Below, piece after piece: positions 1 through 12,773 of a stretch of DNA of 64,000 nt (positions are counted from its first letter, which is position 1; the number at the start of each line of letters is the position of its first letter). This DNA comes from Octopus vulgaris. Taxonomy: Eukaryota. The DNA lies in the NCBI GenBank assembly GCA_951406725.2, contig OX597822.1, positions 21,700,001 through 21,764,000 of the forward strand, given 5' to 3'. A program made the position numbers and the translations under genes. The notes under the pieces were generated by a model. That model worked only from the letters and a program-made list of their open reading frames with translations, was not told the DNA's origin and did no database searches.

Positions 1-36
1 ATCGGCGTGCTAAAGTTTCTGCCAGCTCGCCACCTT

Positions 37-660
37 ATGACAAATCATAAGATCATTTGCATTGCAGAACTGCAGCAGCCTGGTTCCCTTCTCATTGCAG
101 GAACCAAAACCATAGCCTCCATGTATGCCATGGAAGCTCCCTGCATATAATCCAACATGCCCATTGAAGTTACCAGCAACAAAAAGGAGGTTGCTATCAT
201 TCGTTGACAAGGTACTCTGCAAGAGGGTGTCATAAAATTGGTCTTTCTGTTCATCAGATAGTTCTGGTTGAGGGGCATAAGCCAAGATAATGGTTGCTAA
301 CCCATGATGCAGCGCTAAGTTAATCTTAAGTATTCTATCACAGACTCTGACTACCTCGATTACCTTATCAACCCATTTCACTGCAAGAAGTATACCCACA
401 CCCCCGACCCCATCAGTGTTCCCTGCCCAGAAACTCTTACACCTTTTTTCTTTGCATGTGAGGACCCTAGCAGAACTTCCTCTCCAACTTACTTCTTGGA
501 TGCAGCACAGATCTACACATCTCTGTTCATGCATCTCAACAATCTTGCCAGACCTACCTTTCAATGTGCCATCTTGGGGGAACATTAAGCCTTTGGAGGT
601 GTTCATGGGAGAGACATCCGATAGAGGTCAGAGGATAGAGACTTCTGGTACAGGTGATAG
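37..660 (-). mobile_element. RTE-clade LINE fragment, APE endonuclease domain (decayed)
   Basis: ORF 10..606 shows APE motifs GTLKGRS..VDLCCIQEVSWRG, GVGGVGIL, AYAPQ, AGNFNGHVG, NEKGTRLLQFC. It is cut near position 36 by the 5' head of a minus-strand SINE (positions 1-36). Confidence 0.85.
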
Positions 661-1331
661 GGGTGGAAAGGGTGGAATTAGAAAAAATTCTATACATCAA
701 ATCTAAACCTAAAATTGAGAAGTTTTAAAGTAAATGTAGCAAAGGAAAAGAAAGTTTTAAAATGGAAGAAGACCTGGGAATTGGTCATGCTTGATATGTT
801 TTTGTTTAGGGTTTAAAACCCTACTAATGTCAGTACTTCTCTCTGTTAAATTGGATAGTATCTTCCTTATACTAATCCTTTTTGTTTCTAAGCTCTTACA
901 GCATGCAGGCAGGATACAGTGTTGTCATTCTAAAACTCAGTTCTTGCCTTCTCTCTCTCTTGCTCTCTCTCTCCCTCTCTCTCTATCCCCCTCTCTCTCT
1001 TCCGCTCAACTTGTCAGTTAGGTCTGGAGAAGGGTATACTTCAGAAGTTTAAAATTTCCATGGCATACCATTTTGCCATGATGGTGCCACTACCACTCCA
1101 TGTGAAATTTGAAGTGAGAAAGATATACAGTTGTCTGTATGTTTATATATGTGTATTAACACGAGCTTTTATATGTTATACTCAATCACTGTGTGGTGTC
1201 AGAAGCAACAAACAAGATTGGAACCAAGAAGAACATCTGTCTGTAAGACACTTCATGACAGAGTCTCATCTGCCCTGTACCATCATGGAAAAGTGGACAG
1301 AAAACAATGATGATGGGTATTTGTGTGTGTA

Positions 1332-2640
1332 TGAGGGTCTACTGAAAACTTCATAGGCGGACCGAGATATTCTCATGGAATGAGACCAAGTGAGGTTTAC
1401 TTTTCAACATAGTCACCCTGGTGGTCCACACACATCTTCCACTGGTATTGCAACCATTGGATCCCACTGGTGGGGAAGTTTTCATCTCATTCTTCAAAAA
1501 AGTAATCAACATCAAATATGATATCATCATCACTACGATTCTGGTTCCCATCCCAGTGTTTTTTCATGTTGGTGAACAGATGAGTTAGAAAGGGTCAAAT
1601 GAATTAGAAAGGGATGGTGATTAATCAGTTCAAAGCCACAGTCATGAACAGCAGCCATTGAACTCAATGACTTGTGTACTGGAAGATTTTACTGATGGAA
1701 TAAGACCCCTTCTATCAATTTTCATGGTCGTTCAGTCTTGACAGCCTTTCATAAGTGCCTCAGCAGTTATGGAGAGTACTATGCCAACTTGCTGAGGCAA
1801 GTTGGCATCATACACTCCTTTGATGGTGTGGCCCTTTTGAAAATAGTCAATAAACACAATGCCTTTTGCATCCCAAAAAAACTGATGGTGTCACCTTCAC
1901 TGCAGATGAAATGACCTTGGCCTTCTTCAGAGCAAGTGAGGAGAGGTCTATCCACTTTATGGATTGTCTCTTTGTTTCTAGTTCAAAGTGATGAATTCAG
2001 CAGTCTTCCTTGGTTAGGAAACATTAAAGGAAAACCAAATGGATCTGCCTCAAATGATGTCGAATTTTCCCATGGTGTGATCAGTCTGGTGCACTTTTGA
2101 TCAGAAGATGTATCATCCACTGAGCAGATACCATTGTCATACCAAGCTCATTGTGCAGAATATTCTCAACTCTCTCACTGGAAATGTTGATAGCATCGGC
2201 TATTTGATTTGTAGTCAGTTGCTTGTCATCCCTCACCATGTGGTGAACATGGTCAATGTTATCTGTGGCAGCAGCAGTTGCACGACATCCTGGTCTTGGG
2301 GCAACTTCAAGACTCTCCCTTTTATTCCTAAATTCAGCTGCCCATTTTTGCACTGTTGATAAGCTGGAGCATCATCTCCTAATGTAGCAACCGTGTCAGC
2401 ATGAATGCCTTGGGGGGCTAAGCTATTTTTCTACAGGTACACAATGCCAAATTTTGACTATTTTCAAGAGAAGTTTCTACTAGACACTTTTGAAGTCTTC
2501 CTTGAACGGTCAGATGTCAGTTTATCTGGAAAGAAACAATACAGTTATCAATTAGAAGTACTAGATTTAATACATGGAAGATTTCACAGCTCTAGCATAA
2601 ATTCTTCATAGCCAGCGTATGCACTTTTCACTTGGTCTCG
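1332..2640 (-). mobile_element. Full-length decayed mariner transposon (~1.3 kb)
   Basis: Imperfect TIRs (tgagggtctactgaaaacttcatagg vs reverse complement cgagaccaagtgaaaagtgcatacg), TA on both flanks, transposase remnants QKWAAEFR..RESLE..PRPG and ILHNELGMTMVSAQW; many stops and frameshifts. Confidence 0.85.
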
Positions 2641-2859
2641 TATGTACTTGCCTGAATGCATATAACATAGCACAGCCAGCTCTCAATTGCAAATGATAAT
2701 GGCTTAACATGAACCATGCTTTCACGAATTGTTTTTGGTGCCTCTGTAGTCATGAGTAGAAATAGATGCCCCCTCATTCCATTACACTTGATCCAACAGA
2801 TTGTCTAGGATGTGACAGCAAAAGGAAGAGAGGACTGAACTAGTGTCCAGCTAATGTAG

Positions 2860-2995
2860 ATTATAGTTGAGCAACTGAGAGCAACATAAAACGTAGTACC
2901 TTGCTCAAGGACACAATATACTGCCCCATCCAGGAGTTGAACTCTCAACCTTGTGATCATGAGCCAAACACACCACTTTGTCACATGCCTTTACA
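2860..2995 (-). mobile_element. SINE 5' fragment (tRNA head + tgtccttgagcaagg core)
   Basis: Homologous to the heads of the copies at 38576 and 47865-48176. Confidence 0.55.
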
Positions 2996-3054
2996 TGCAA
3001 TTATTGTGTAAGTCATAATTCTACCTTACACCACTCATTTTCTGTCTTCTTTAG

Positions 3055-3120
3055 ACTAATGGTGATTCTGTTCACCATGATGTTTATTACAATAGCAATT
3101 TATTGGAAATGATGGCCAAA
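3055..3120 (+). CDS. Candidate 66-nt coding exon (TNGDSVHHDVYYNSNLLEMMAK)
   Basis: Acceptor ttttctgtcttctttag, open frame, weak donor aaa|gtattt, phase 0-0. Link to the downstream exon chain is unproven. Confidence 0.25.
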
Positions 3121-4096
3121 GTATTTTAGTAAGCAATAAATCTAAATAATAGGTGAATTTTAAGGGTTGATCCTTGGAAACTGGAACTTGGAATGTAGTA
3201 ATGGCATAAAAAAATATATGTAAAAAAAATTCCTTTTTTGGAAATTACTAGTGAGAAAAGATAAACAGTATTTCATTCCAGTGAGATATTCAGTGAAAAT
3301 TGAAATATATTGGTACTTCAAAGTTTCTCAATTTTCTTCCCATATGTATTGGCAGACATAGCCATGAAAAATATTTTATTTGGAAAGAAAATACCAAAAA
3401 AAAAGGAAAACAGAAAAATCATTTTATCATGAAAGATATGGCTTCTTTTTGTTGCTGATGGAAATGGAGATGAAATCATGGTGGTGGATGGTGCCAAGGT
3501 TGTTTTAAAACCCGTTCCCTGTTTCTTGTAAAGCTTTTTACAATTGTTAAATACTTGATCTGTTGTATTATCATAGGCTGCTAACAAGAAGCAAATTAGA
3601 TGGTTGTAAACCAGCTTAGCACAAGAATAATCTGCTATAGTGTCAGTAGTCTGTATAGTGCTGTTTTCAACAATATCATTGCTGGTAGATACTGTGGAAA
3701 TTTGTTGAGCAAAACGGAAGATTTATCGTCTTTCCTATCACCACCCTACACCCACCATCGTCATCACCATTATCATTATCATCATCATTGTCATCAACAT
3801 CTGTATCATATATTTTGGTTACTATTGTTGTTGTAGGTATGACCACATGCAATAAACTTTCCCAGATCTTTCTGTTTCAGTTCAGTCTGTTAAGGATGGT
3901 AAATTTTTCTTACATTGTTACTGGTAACATAAATTTACCAAAGATTACCTTATTTCCTCTCTGAAACATTCTCTTAGGCTGTGTGTGCTTCTACTAAATT
4001 ACAGTTTGGCATTTTTTACACTTGTCTGACAATAACAAGTGAAAACAGTTTGCATACAGCCTTTACACATGTATATAAGGAAACATATTTTTATTG

Positions 4097-4337
4097 TTTA
4101 CTTGTTTCACTCATTTGACTGCAGTCATGCTGGGGCACAGCCCGAAGGGTTTTAGTCAAATGAACCGACCCCAAGACTTATTTTTTCTTAAAGCCTAGTA
4201 CTTATTCTATCAGTCTCAACTGCCAAACCACTGTTATGAGGATGTAAACACACCAACATCAGTTGTCAAGTGGTGTCACAGGACAAACACAGAAACAAAG
4301 ACACACACACATCCCCCCCACACACCACACACATGTG

Positions 4338-4373
<36 letters not shown>

Positions 4374-4520
4374 CATATATATATACATAAATATATATAC
4401 CGGAGTAAGCACATAAATGTGAAACAAGGTGGAAAAAAGAGTACTCAAATACCAGAAGTAGAGTAATATGCTTTTATATTTCTGCTGCTTTTAAATAAAG
4501 TATGTATGTATATATGTGTA

Positions 4521-4578
<58 letters not shown>

Positions 4579-4780
4579 ATATATATGTATATATATGTAT
4601 ATATATATATATATATATATACATGCATGACAAGCTTCTTTCAGTTTCCATCTACCAGATCCATTCATGAGGCTTTGGTTGGCCCATGGCTATAGTAGAA
4701 GACACTTTCCCAAGGTACCATGCAGTAGGACTAAACATGTAACCGTGTGGTGAGAAAGCAAGCTTATTACCACACTGCCG
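4097..4780 (-). mobile_element. tRNA-derived SINE family A with internal microsatellite and a nested ~100-bp insert (4401-4500)
   Basis: Matches the + strand copy at 39010-39413 (head ...gcaagtgtcttctactatagcc, tail ...gactgaaacaagtaaa). Confidence 0.8.
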
Positions 4781-4959
4781 TATATAAGAGAGGATACCCA
4801 AAAGTAACAGGAAATGTTCTAGTGGGACAAGCCCATTGTAATTCTGGCTTCTGCCACTAGAAGTCACTTGATGCAACCCCAAAACTTTAATATGCTAACC
4901 AGTATCATCAAGTGAAGTTGTACAACCACATGGTGCATCCTTGTTTATTGATTTTTGCG

Positions 4960-5230
4960 ATGGATGAAACAAAGGAACAACGTGCTTCCGTGAAATTCTG
5001 TTTTCTGCTGGGAAAAACAGCAGCTGAAACAGTTGTCATGCTTCAAACAGCTTACAAGGACATTGCCATGAGCAAGACACAAGTTTACAAGTGGTTTTCA
5101 TGCTTTAGGAATGGTCACTTATCACTTGAAGACCAACTTCATTCAAGGCTTCCATCAACCTCCTGAATAAATGAAAACATCATGAAAATTCATGAACTGA
5201 TCTTGGGGGACCATCACTGAACAATTGATG
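4960..5230 (+). mobile_element. Mariner transposase N-terminal (HTH) fragment
   Basis: MDETKEQRASVKFCFLLGKTAAETVVMLQTAYKDIAMSKTQVYKWFSCFRNG..LED; stop at 5166; truncated. Confidence 0.85.
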
Positions 5231-5280
5231 GGCCTTCTCAAGCAAGTCATATCACCCAATTTTAGAAGAGTACTTTTTAT

Positions 5281-5449
5281 ACAGTTCTATATTTAAGAGA
5301 TGAGAAAAAATACCTTAGGAATGAGAACCCAGGTTCGAAATTCCCCAAGATACCTGATGAAGGCTGGAGGGTATATCATCTGAAACGTTGTGTTAACAAC
5401 AAACAAGATGAGGACAAATATCTGTCAAATGTAAATAATGTAAATAATA
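5281..5449 (+). mobile_element. 169-bp PLE-terminus-like cassette with 12-bp target-site duplication
   Basis: agtactttttat at both 5269-5280 and 5450-5461; contains a hammerhead motif. Confidence 0.75.
5349..5394 (+). ncRNA. Minimal type-I hammerhead ribozyme motif (stem II decayed)
   Basis: gatac-CTGATGA-a-ggctg..catct-GAAA-CG-TT-gtgtt; palindromic AACGTT stem III. Confidence 0.6.
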
Positions 5450-5788
5450 AGTACTTTTTATGTACCACTGGCATGGGTGTCAGCTATGTAACACTGGCAT
5501 CAGCCATGACTATGATTTCACTTGGTTTGACGAGTTTTCTCAAGTACAGCATATCAAAGGTCTCACTCACTTATCATTGCCTCTGTGAGGCCCAACGTTT
5601 GAGGATCATGCTTCGCCACCTTGTCCCATGTCTTCCTGGGCCTACCTCTTCCACAGGTTTCCTCCACTGTTAGAGACTAGCACTTCTTCACACAGCTGTC
5701 TTTGTCCATACACATCACATGACCATACCAGTTCAGTTGTCTCTCTTGTACACTGCATCTGATGTCATTTATGCCCAACTTATATATA

Positions 5789-6018
5789 TTTCTTTACTGC
5801 CCACAATGGGCTAAACATAGAGGGGACAAACAAGGACAGACAAAGAGATTAAGTCGATTACATCGACCCCAGTGCGTAACTGGTACTTTATTTATCGACC
5901 CCGAAAGGATGAAAGGCGAAGTCGACCTTGGTGGAATTTGAACTTAAAACGTAACGGTGGACGAAATACGGCCACACATTTAGCCCAGTATGCTAACGTT
6001 TCTGCCAGCTCACCGCTT
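5789..6018 (-). mobile_element. tRNA-derived SINE family B
   Basis: Close match to copies at 12774-13000 and 27578-27797; flanking duplication caacttatata. Confidence 0.85.
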
Positions 6019-6049
6019 TCAACTTATATATGCCCAACTTATATATAAC

Positions 6050-6440
6050 CACCATCATCATCAGCATCATTTAATGTCTGTTCTCCATGCTGGCATGGAT
6101 TGGAAAGTTTGACCAGGGCTGGTAATCTGAGGGGCTGCAGAAAACTCTAGTCTGATTTGGCATGGTTTTTTACAGCTGGATACCTTTCTTAACACCAACC
6201 ACTCCGAGAGTTTAATGAGTGCTTTTATGTGCCAAATGCATGGGTGTCAATTTGCATGACACCAATATCTGCCATAACTGATTTCACTTGGCTTGATAGG
6301 TCTTCTCAGCACATCATTTGTCATTGCTTCTCTGAGGCCCAGCATACAAAAAGTGCTTTTTATGTGTCACTGGTACGAGTGCTAGTTAGGTGACACCAGT
6401 ATAGGCCACATTGCCCCCATGAGGCCCAACGCTCAAAAGG
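6050..6440 (-). mobile_element. RTE-type 3' UTR/tail fragment with (GAT)n tail
   Basis: Homologous to 22427-22960 and 49460-49736. Confidence 0.7.
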
Positions 6441-6474
6441 CATATCACCCAATGTTTGATTTATCTATATAGGT

Positions 6475-6826
6475 AGGTACAGGCTTGGATGTATTGTAAG
6501 AAGCTTGCTTTGCAACCAAATGGCTTTGGGTTCAATTGCACTTAGTGGCACCCTATGTCTTCTACTTTAGACCCAAGCTGACAAAAGCTTGTGAGGGGAT
6601 TTCGTTAATGGAAACTGAAAAAAGCCCATTGTATGTGTGTGTGTGTGTGTGTTTATTCCCCACCACTGCTTGACAACTAGTGTTGGTTTGTTTACATTCC
6701 CATAACTTAGGGGTTTAGCAAAATAAATCAACAGAGTATGTACCAGGGTTTAAGAAACATGTACTGCAAGGTGGTGCCCCAGTATTGCTGCCATCTAATG
6801 ACTGAAACAAGTAAAAGATAAAAGAT
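6475..6826 (+). mobile_element. SINE family A (diverged)
   Basis: Same head, internal (TG)n and tail as 39010-39413. Confidence 0.75.
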
Positions 6827-6836
6827 ATATGTGTGC

Positions 6837-6886
<50 letters not shown>

Positions 6887-6919
6887 TGTGTAGAAGATTG
6901 AAAAGAACACACAAGTTGA

Positions 6920-8040
6920 TATATGTGAGCAAAATAAGACAATGTAGAAAATGGTAAAATAATTTTATCATGAAGAACAGTTTAGTACCAGTTTCAGTTA
7001 AGCATGAAAAACAATTAAATTGTGGAAAAATTAAATGAAATGTTTTTTTAAAATATTTCCATAGCTTTCAAATGCATGTGACATTTTCCTTTTTTCTGCC
7101 TGTCTCTGTCACTCTTTTTTACTCATGCGAGATCTTGGTAGCAGGTAGTAGTAGTCCTAATATTTGATATGAGTTCTTGGTTTTGATTGTTTAAGCAGTA
7201 GACTGTTTTTAGTTTGGCTTACGTATTGCTCTGGGTGTTGAGAGCAATACATAGGCCAAACCAAAAACAGCCCACATAGATCCCAGATCAAAATTTGGGA
7301 ATACAGAAAAATAACATTCAGTGAACACATTGGCATTTGCACCACTAACAAACAACCCAGCTTCAGAAATTTTCCCCTTTATAAATTCAGGGATGATGCG
7401 AACTGTAGTCAGCGCATTAGTAAAGAGTCGTATTTTATCACAAAATATAAACCCCTTTTGAATGCGTCCACCACAAACGACACTATTACAAGAGCCTTAG
7501 AATAATACCCACGCAAATATTAAAAACGATATATTCAGTCACTACCCATGAATTTATTCAGACCAATTCCAATCACTACTATTACAACCACAACAGATCA
7601 CTTTTAGGTCACTTGACCACTTAAAACAATTCCACCAACATCCTATTACTGTCATACCACTCCCGCATTTTATAATTATTCTTTCTCTTCTTTTCCTACT
7701 CCCTCTTCTTCTTCTTTTTCTTCTTTTCTCAGCTACTATTGCTGCTTAAACAAACAAAATCAAGAATTCATATCAAATATTAGGGCTATTGCTACCTGCT
7801 ACCAAGATCTCGCATGAGTAAAAAAGAGAGACAGACAGAAAAAAGGAAAATGTCCCTTGCATTTGAAAACTATGGAAATATTTTTTTAAAAAAACCATTT
7901 AACTTAATTTTTTCACTATTTAATTGTTTTTCATGCTTTACACTAGGTTGAGAAAGTCGCCAAGTCTGAAACCGGTACTAAAATGTTCTTCATGATAAAA
8001 TTATTTTAGCATTTTCTACTTTGTCTTATTTTGCTTATAA
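6920..8040 (+). mobile_element. 5'-truncated Penelope-like element with inverted 3' end (fold-back)
   Basis: Inverted arms ~6920-7200 and ~7742-8040. Interior 7226-7465 encodes a GIY-YIG endonuclease remnant CSGC*EQYIGQTKNS..EYRKITFSEHIGIC..KESYFITKY. Confidence 0.8.
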
Positions 8041-8993
8041 ATACATACATATATATATATTGATTTATCTATTTATATATACACACACATACATACAGAG
8101 AGAGAAGAGAGAGAGAAAGAGAGAGAAATATATAGGCATCATTGAAATTTTATTTACAACACTATTAGACAGAATGACACTTACAATGGAAATCTGTATA
8201 TTGAGCAGAAACCAGAGTTGTGTTTCTCTAAATCTTATCTCAAGATAATTGATTTTCTGGTACCATCATTTTATGGAACCTCTAGATGTTGCTGATAATG
8301 TAAAGTAAATCTCAATCTCATCCACAATAAGGAACTAAAATATTCTTATTTCTATTCTATAAATTGATTTGATTTCTGTTCCTCATCGTAAAATTATTTC
8401 AGTATATTTTCAACATATATAATCATTAGATTTTATAAATTTCATAAATTGTTCTATTAAACATACACACAAATATGCATTTAAAATTAAATGCCAGAGT
8501 GCAAGGAAGCAAGTGCTTGTCTGCTTCAGGCAAAAGGATTTATTAAAATTTATAAATTTGTATAAAGTATCCAAGTTTATCCTAATTTACAAACTTCTAA
8601 AAATATTTTTTGGTGGGTCAGGTCACTCATAATTTCCACAGGCTATGGTTTTATTTCTGTAACCCACACACACATCAAGATGATAATGGTGTATATATTT
8701 ATCATCATCATCTCTAAACGATGATGATGATGATGATGATTATCATCATCATCATCATCATCATCTCTCAAAGTCCATCTTTCTTGCTGACATGGATTGG
8801 ACAGTTTTATAGAAGCTGAGGAATTGGAGGGCTGCATTGTACTCCAATGCCTGATTTTGCCATGGTTTCTATAGCTATCTACTCTTTTTAATGCCAACTA
8901 CTTCATAGAGTTTATGATGTGATTTTGTTTTCATAAGTGAGGTTACCTATCAACTTAACTAAGGCACATAAAGCGACCTCATATCTATATCTT

Positions 8994-9045
<52 letters not shown>

Positions 9046-9052
<7 letters not shown>

Positions 9053-9234
9053 TTTACGAAAATAAACAAAAGACGAAGACAGATGGTGTACAAAACAAAC
9101 AGATGTATTAGTATAGTGCTCAGGAAAAGAAAAAGTCTTTTACATTTCGAGCCTACGCTCTTCTACAGAAAGGTACACAGAAAAAACGAGGAGAGGAAAA
9201 AAATGTGTGTAGTGGCTAACGATCTATCATGGCA

Positions 9235-9238
<4 letters not shown>
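9046..9238 (-). mobile_element. ~190-bp hammerhead-bearing element in microsatellite, copy 1 (motif 9137-9172)
   Basis: Homologous to 15424-15577 and 45437-45620; reverse complement cttt-CTGTAGA-a-GAGC-gtag-GCTC-GAAA-TG-TA-aaag. Confidence 0.7.
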
Positions 9239-9275
<37 letters not shown>

Positions 9276-9276
<1 letters not shown>

Positions 9277-10547
9277 AGTGGTCGGACAAAATAACAAAAA
9301 CACCTAGCATCATAGCATCACAATTCTGAAATATCTATAAAACCATCAAAAGCTTGTTTATTTTTATGTTTTTTGATTTATTATTAGTGTTGCTTAATAT
9401 GTTCTGCTAAAATTGCTACTTCTTTTCAGATATCATCAGGGAAAGGTAATTAAAATTCATTAAAATGGCAACTCTATTGGACTTTCAAAGAGGTCAAATT
9501 GTCAGTGCTTGTATGGCAGGCAGTAGCATAACAAAAACAGCTGAAATGTTTGGTGTATCAAGAAGTACTGTCTCAAAATTAAGACAGTCTTTGAGAAAGA
9601 GAGAAAAACCTCTTCGTCAAAACGAAATTGTGGAAGAAAACCAAAACTTTCAGATTGGGACCATCAGACTCTTACACAAATTGTTAGAAAGGACCACAAA
9701 TGTACAGCTGTCAAAATTACTGCAGAGCTTAATGACCACCTCGAGAACCCATTTCCCACAAAAACTGTTTGCTGGGAGCTGCACAAAGCCAGATTTCATG
9801 GGAGGGCTGCAATCAGAAAACCACTACTTTCAAAAACAAACTTAGCAAAGCATTTAAAGTGGAGTAAAAACCTACAGAATTGGTCCCTAGAGCAGTTGAA
9901 AAATGTTACTTTCTCAGATGAGTCATCCTTTGTCTTATTTTCAACCACTGGCCGAGTATACATGTGGAGACAGCCAAAAGAAGCATTTGACTGAGACTGC
10001 CTTTTTCCAACTGTTAAACATAGAGGAGGATCTGTGATGATCTTGGGGCTATATCTTGGAAATCCACCAGCCCAATGATTTTCCTTCATGGCAGAATTAA
10101 TAGTCAAGGCTATTTAAGCATTTTATCTGATCAAATTCATCCTATGGTTGCGGAACTGTTTCCAGAGGGAAACACAATCTTTCAGGATGACTTATGCACC
10201 AATTCACACAGCTGAAGTTGTTACTGAATGGCACGAGGACCATTCTAGTGAAGCTGAATATCTTATCAGATCACCACAGTCCCCAGATTTCAATATTATT
10301 GAACATTTATGTTGCGTTTTAGAAAAACAAGTAAGGAGTTGAAATCCTCCACCAACATCACTACAAGAACTGGAGACTGTTTTAGCTGAAGAACGGACAA
10401 AAGTTCCTTTGGAAACAATTCAAACTTTGTACGAGTCCATACCTCATGGAATTCAAGCTGTAATTATTGCCGAAGGAGGACCCACCCCATATTAAACTAA
10501 ATTTGTTTGAAATTTTAAGGCGTTTCCATTATTTTGTCCAACCCCTG
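9276..10547 (+). mobile_element. Tc1-type transposon, full length, frameshifted transposase (starts 9465), DD36E spacing
   Basis: TIRs cagtggtcggacaaaataa and reverse complement caggggttggacaaaataa, TA flanks; motifs LLDFQRGQIV, FSDESSF, FQDD.APIH, PQSPDFNIIEHL, GGPTPY. Confidence 0.92.
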
Positions 10548-10597
10548 TATATATGGTATTAATAAAATAGGAAATGGAATGTGTAATAGACTTTATT

Positions 10598-10641
10598 GGG
10601 TACAACATATGTTTTGACCCATTCTGGGTCTCTTCAGATAG
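10598..10641 (-). ncRNA. Hammerhead motif (G12 lost, probably by CpG decay)
   Basis: Reverse complement CTGAAGA-GACCC-agaat-GGGTC-AAAA-CATATG-TT; palindromic ACATATGT. Confidence 0.6.
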
Positions 10642-12160
10642 ATCTATAAAAAGTCACATTAGAGATTTCTTGAGTTGGCTTACGTACTGCTATATGTCCA
10701 TCAAATTTGAGAATGAGTAAAAACAGAGAAAAATTTTTGAAATGCAAAACTTTCAAATATGAATGTGAAAAGTATACATTCTAGTTTAGAGGAAATGATA
10801 TAATGAGCTTTTGCTGTTGTAACTGTTAAGAGAAAGAAAAGAAAAGGAAGTAGAAGTTGAAAGGAAGATAATACTTAGACGAAAATATTTTGTGTTTGTG
10901 CTTAGACACATATATACATACACAGATACATACATATATACACATTCATACACGCACATCCCAGTATATGAACATATACATACAACTAGATACATGCACA
11001 TTACACACATGTATGGGTGTTATGCATAAGTATATATAGGAACTCATATATGCAGGTACACACATGCATATATACATAAATATACATACATAACAGATAA
11101 ATATGTGCATATATTCATATGTAAAGCAAGATACAGATGTCTGTGCAAAGTTTGACACACACACACTTGTTAATACACTCGCATATATACATAAGTAAAT
11201 ATATATACGTATAGATATATATGCACATATATGTACACATATATATACATATACACACATACACACATATATGCTTATATGTATGCATATACACATGCAC
11301 ACACATATACACACACATAAATACATACACACATATGCATATACATACATACACACACACATATACGCATATATATGTATACATATGCATATACAGACCT
11401 AGATTGCAAGATCATATGCCAAATGCAAGTTATTCAAATATAGTTCCTCAAGTTCAGGTGTATTAAGAGTTGTGGGCACCATGTATACATCAAGTTATGT
11501 ATGGTTGGCATTGTAATATGTGAATGTTTGTTTAGCTTCATGTAGGCATCTAGGTAATTGTTCAATGACTTTATTTATAATATGCTCCTTTGTTAACATA
11601 ATCGAGAGTGACTTCTCAGAGCATAACAGACATTTCCAGGATATGGTGTTGTTGTCTTTGCTTCTTTAAGCCTCCAGATAAAATTGGCCAGTGATGTTAC
11701 ATGTCCTTTAAGGATATTTCGAATGCTGGTGATGTGGTTGTGGTATAGATTTTTGAAAAATTAAACCACATCACCAGCTTTGAAAATATCCTTAAAGGAC
11801 ATGTAACATCACTGGCCAATTTTATCTGGAGGCTTAAGGAATCGAAGACAAAATACGATGTCACATGATCCAAACTTAGACATGCAAGTCCCAAAAACAC
11901 TATATCTGGAAATACCAGTTATGCTCCGAGGAGTCACTCTCGATAATGTTAACAAAGGAACAACTACCCAGATGCCTACATGAAGCTAAGCACACATTCA
12001 CATATTACAATCCCGATCATACATAATTTGATGTATACATGGTGCCCACAACTCTTAATATACACAAACTTGAACTATAATTGAATAACTTGGATTTAGC
12101 ATATGATCTTGTACTCTAGATTCATATATGTATATACGTATACATATATATATATATATA

Positions 12161-12206
<46 letters not shown>

Positions 12207-12246
12207 GTTTACAAACAATACACAATGCGTGAACTACAATACTCTC

Positions 12247-12334
<88 letters not shown>

Positions 12335-12338
<4 letters not shown>

Positions 12339-12757
12339 TATTACATTATATAAAAGGGCTTAGTAAAATAAATTACTTTGCCGCATACTGAACTCATTAG
12401 AAATAGCAGCTAAAAAACTTTTTTAAAACTATTTCTAATACTTAAAGAAAATCTCTCTCATATATAGTGTTTGCTTAATTCAACTCACAAAAGTTTGGGG
12501 GTAAGGACATTAAAATATCAAATGCTAAGGTTATTTGAGAACGTACGTTTCAAGATTAGTCAAAACAACACTTCTATCTTCAGCTCAGAAACTCCTTGGT
12601 TTGGATTTGGAAACCAGTATGCGGCAAAGTAATTTATTTTACTAAGCCCTTTTATATAATGTAATAATTTGAATTCGCCTTAAATGGTCCCTTTGCATAC
12701 TGAACACTTGGTGAAATTGATTAATAATTAATTAATTTTACCTCAATTGTTGAAATA
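12335..12757. mobile_element. Small fold-back element in (TA)n with a hammerhead motif at 12536-12587 (-)
   Basis: Perfect 56-bp inverted arms 12335-12390 and 12615-12670; reverse complement tgag-CTGAAGA-taga..tctt-GAAA-CGTACG-TT-ctca. Confidence 0.7.
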
Positions 12758-12773
12758 TATATATATATATATA

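Larger units (their letters stand above)
5231..5781 (-). mobile_element. RTE LINE 3' end (ORF C-terminus and 3' UTR), interrupted at 5281-5449
   Basis: Minus-strand translation remnants ..VQERQLNWYGHVMCMDKDSCVKKC.. and GRGRPRKTWDKV. Confidence 0.8.

Noticed and set aside
10-606. 198-aa ORF that pipelines often label craniofacial development protein 2-like
   Set aside because: It is the endonuclease of a decayed RTE LINE cut by a SINE, not a host gene.
7945-7985. Hammerhead 3' half (agtct-GAAA-CCGG-TA-ctaaa)
   Set aside because: The CUGANGA core is not recognisable in either arm, so it was not annotated as a ribozyme.
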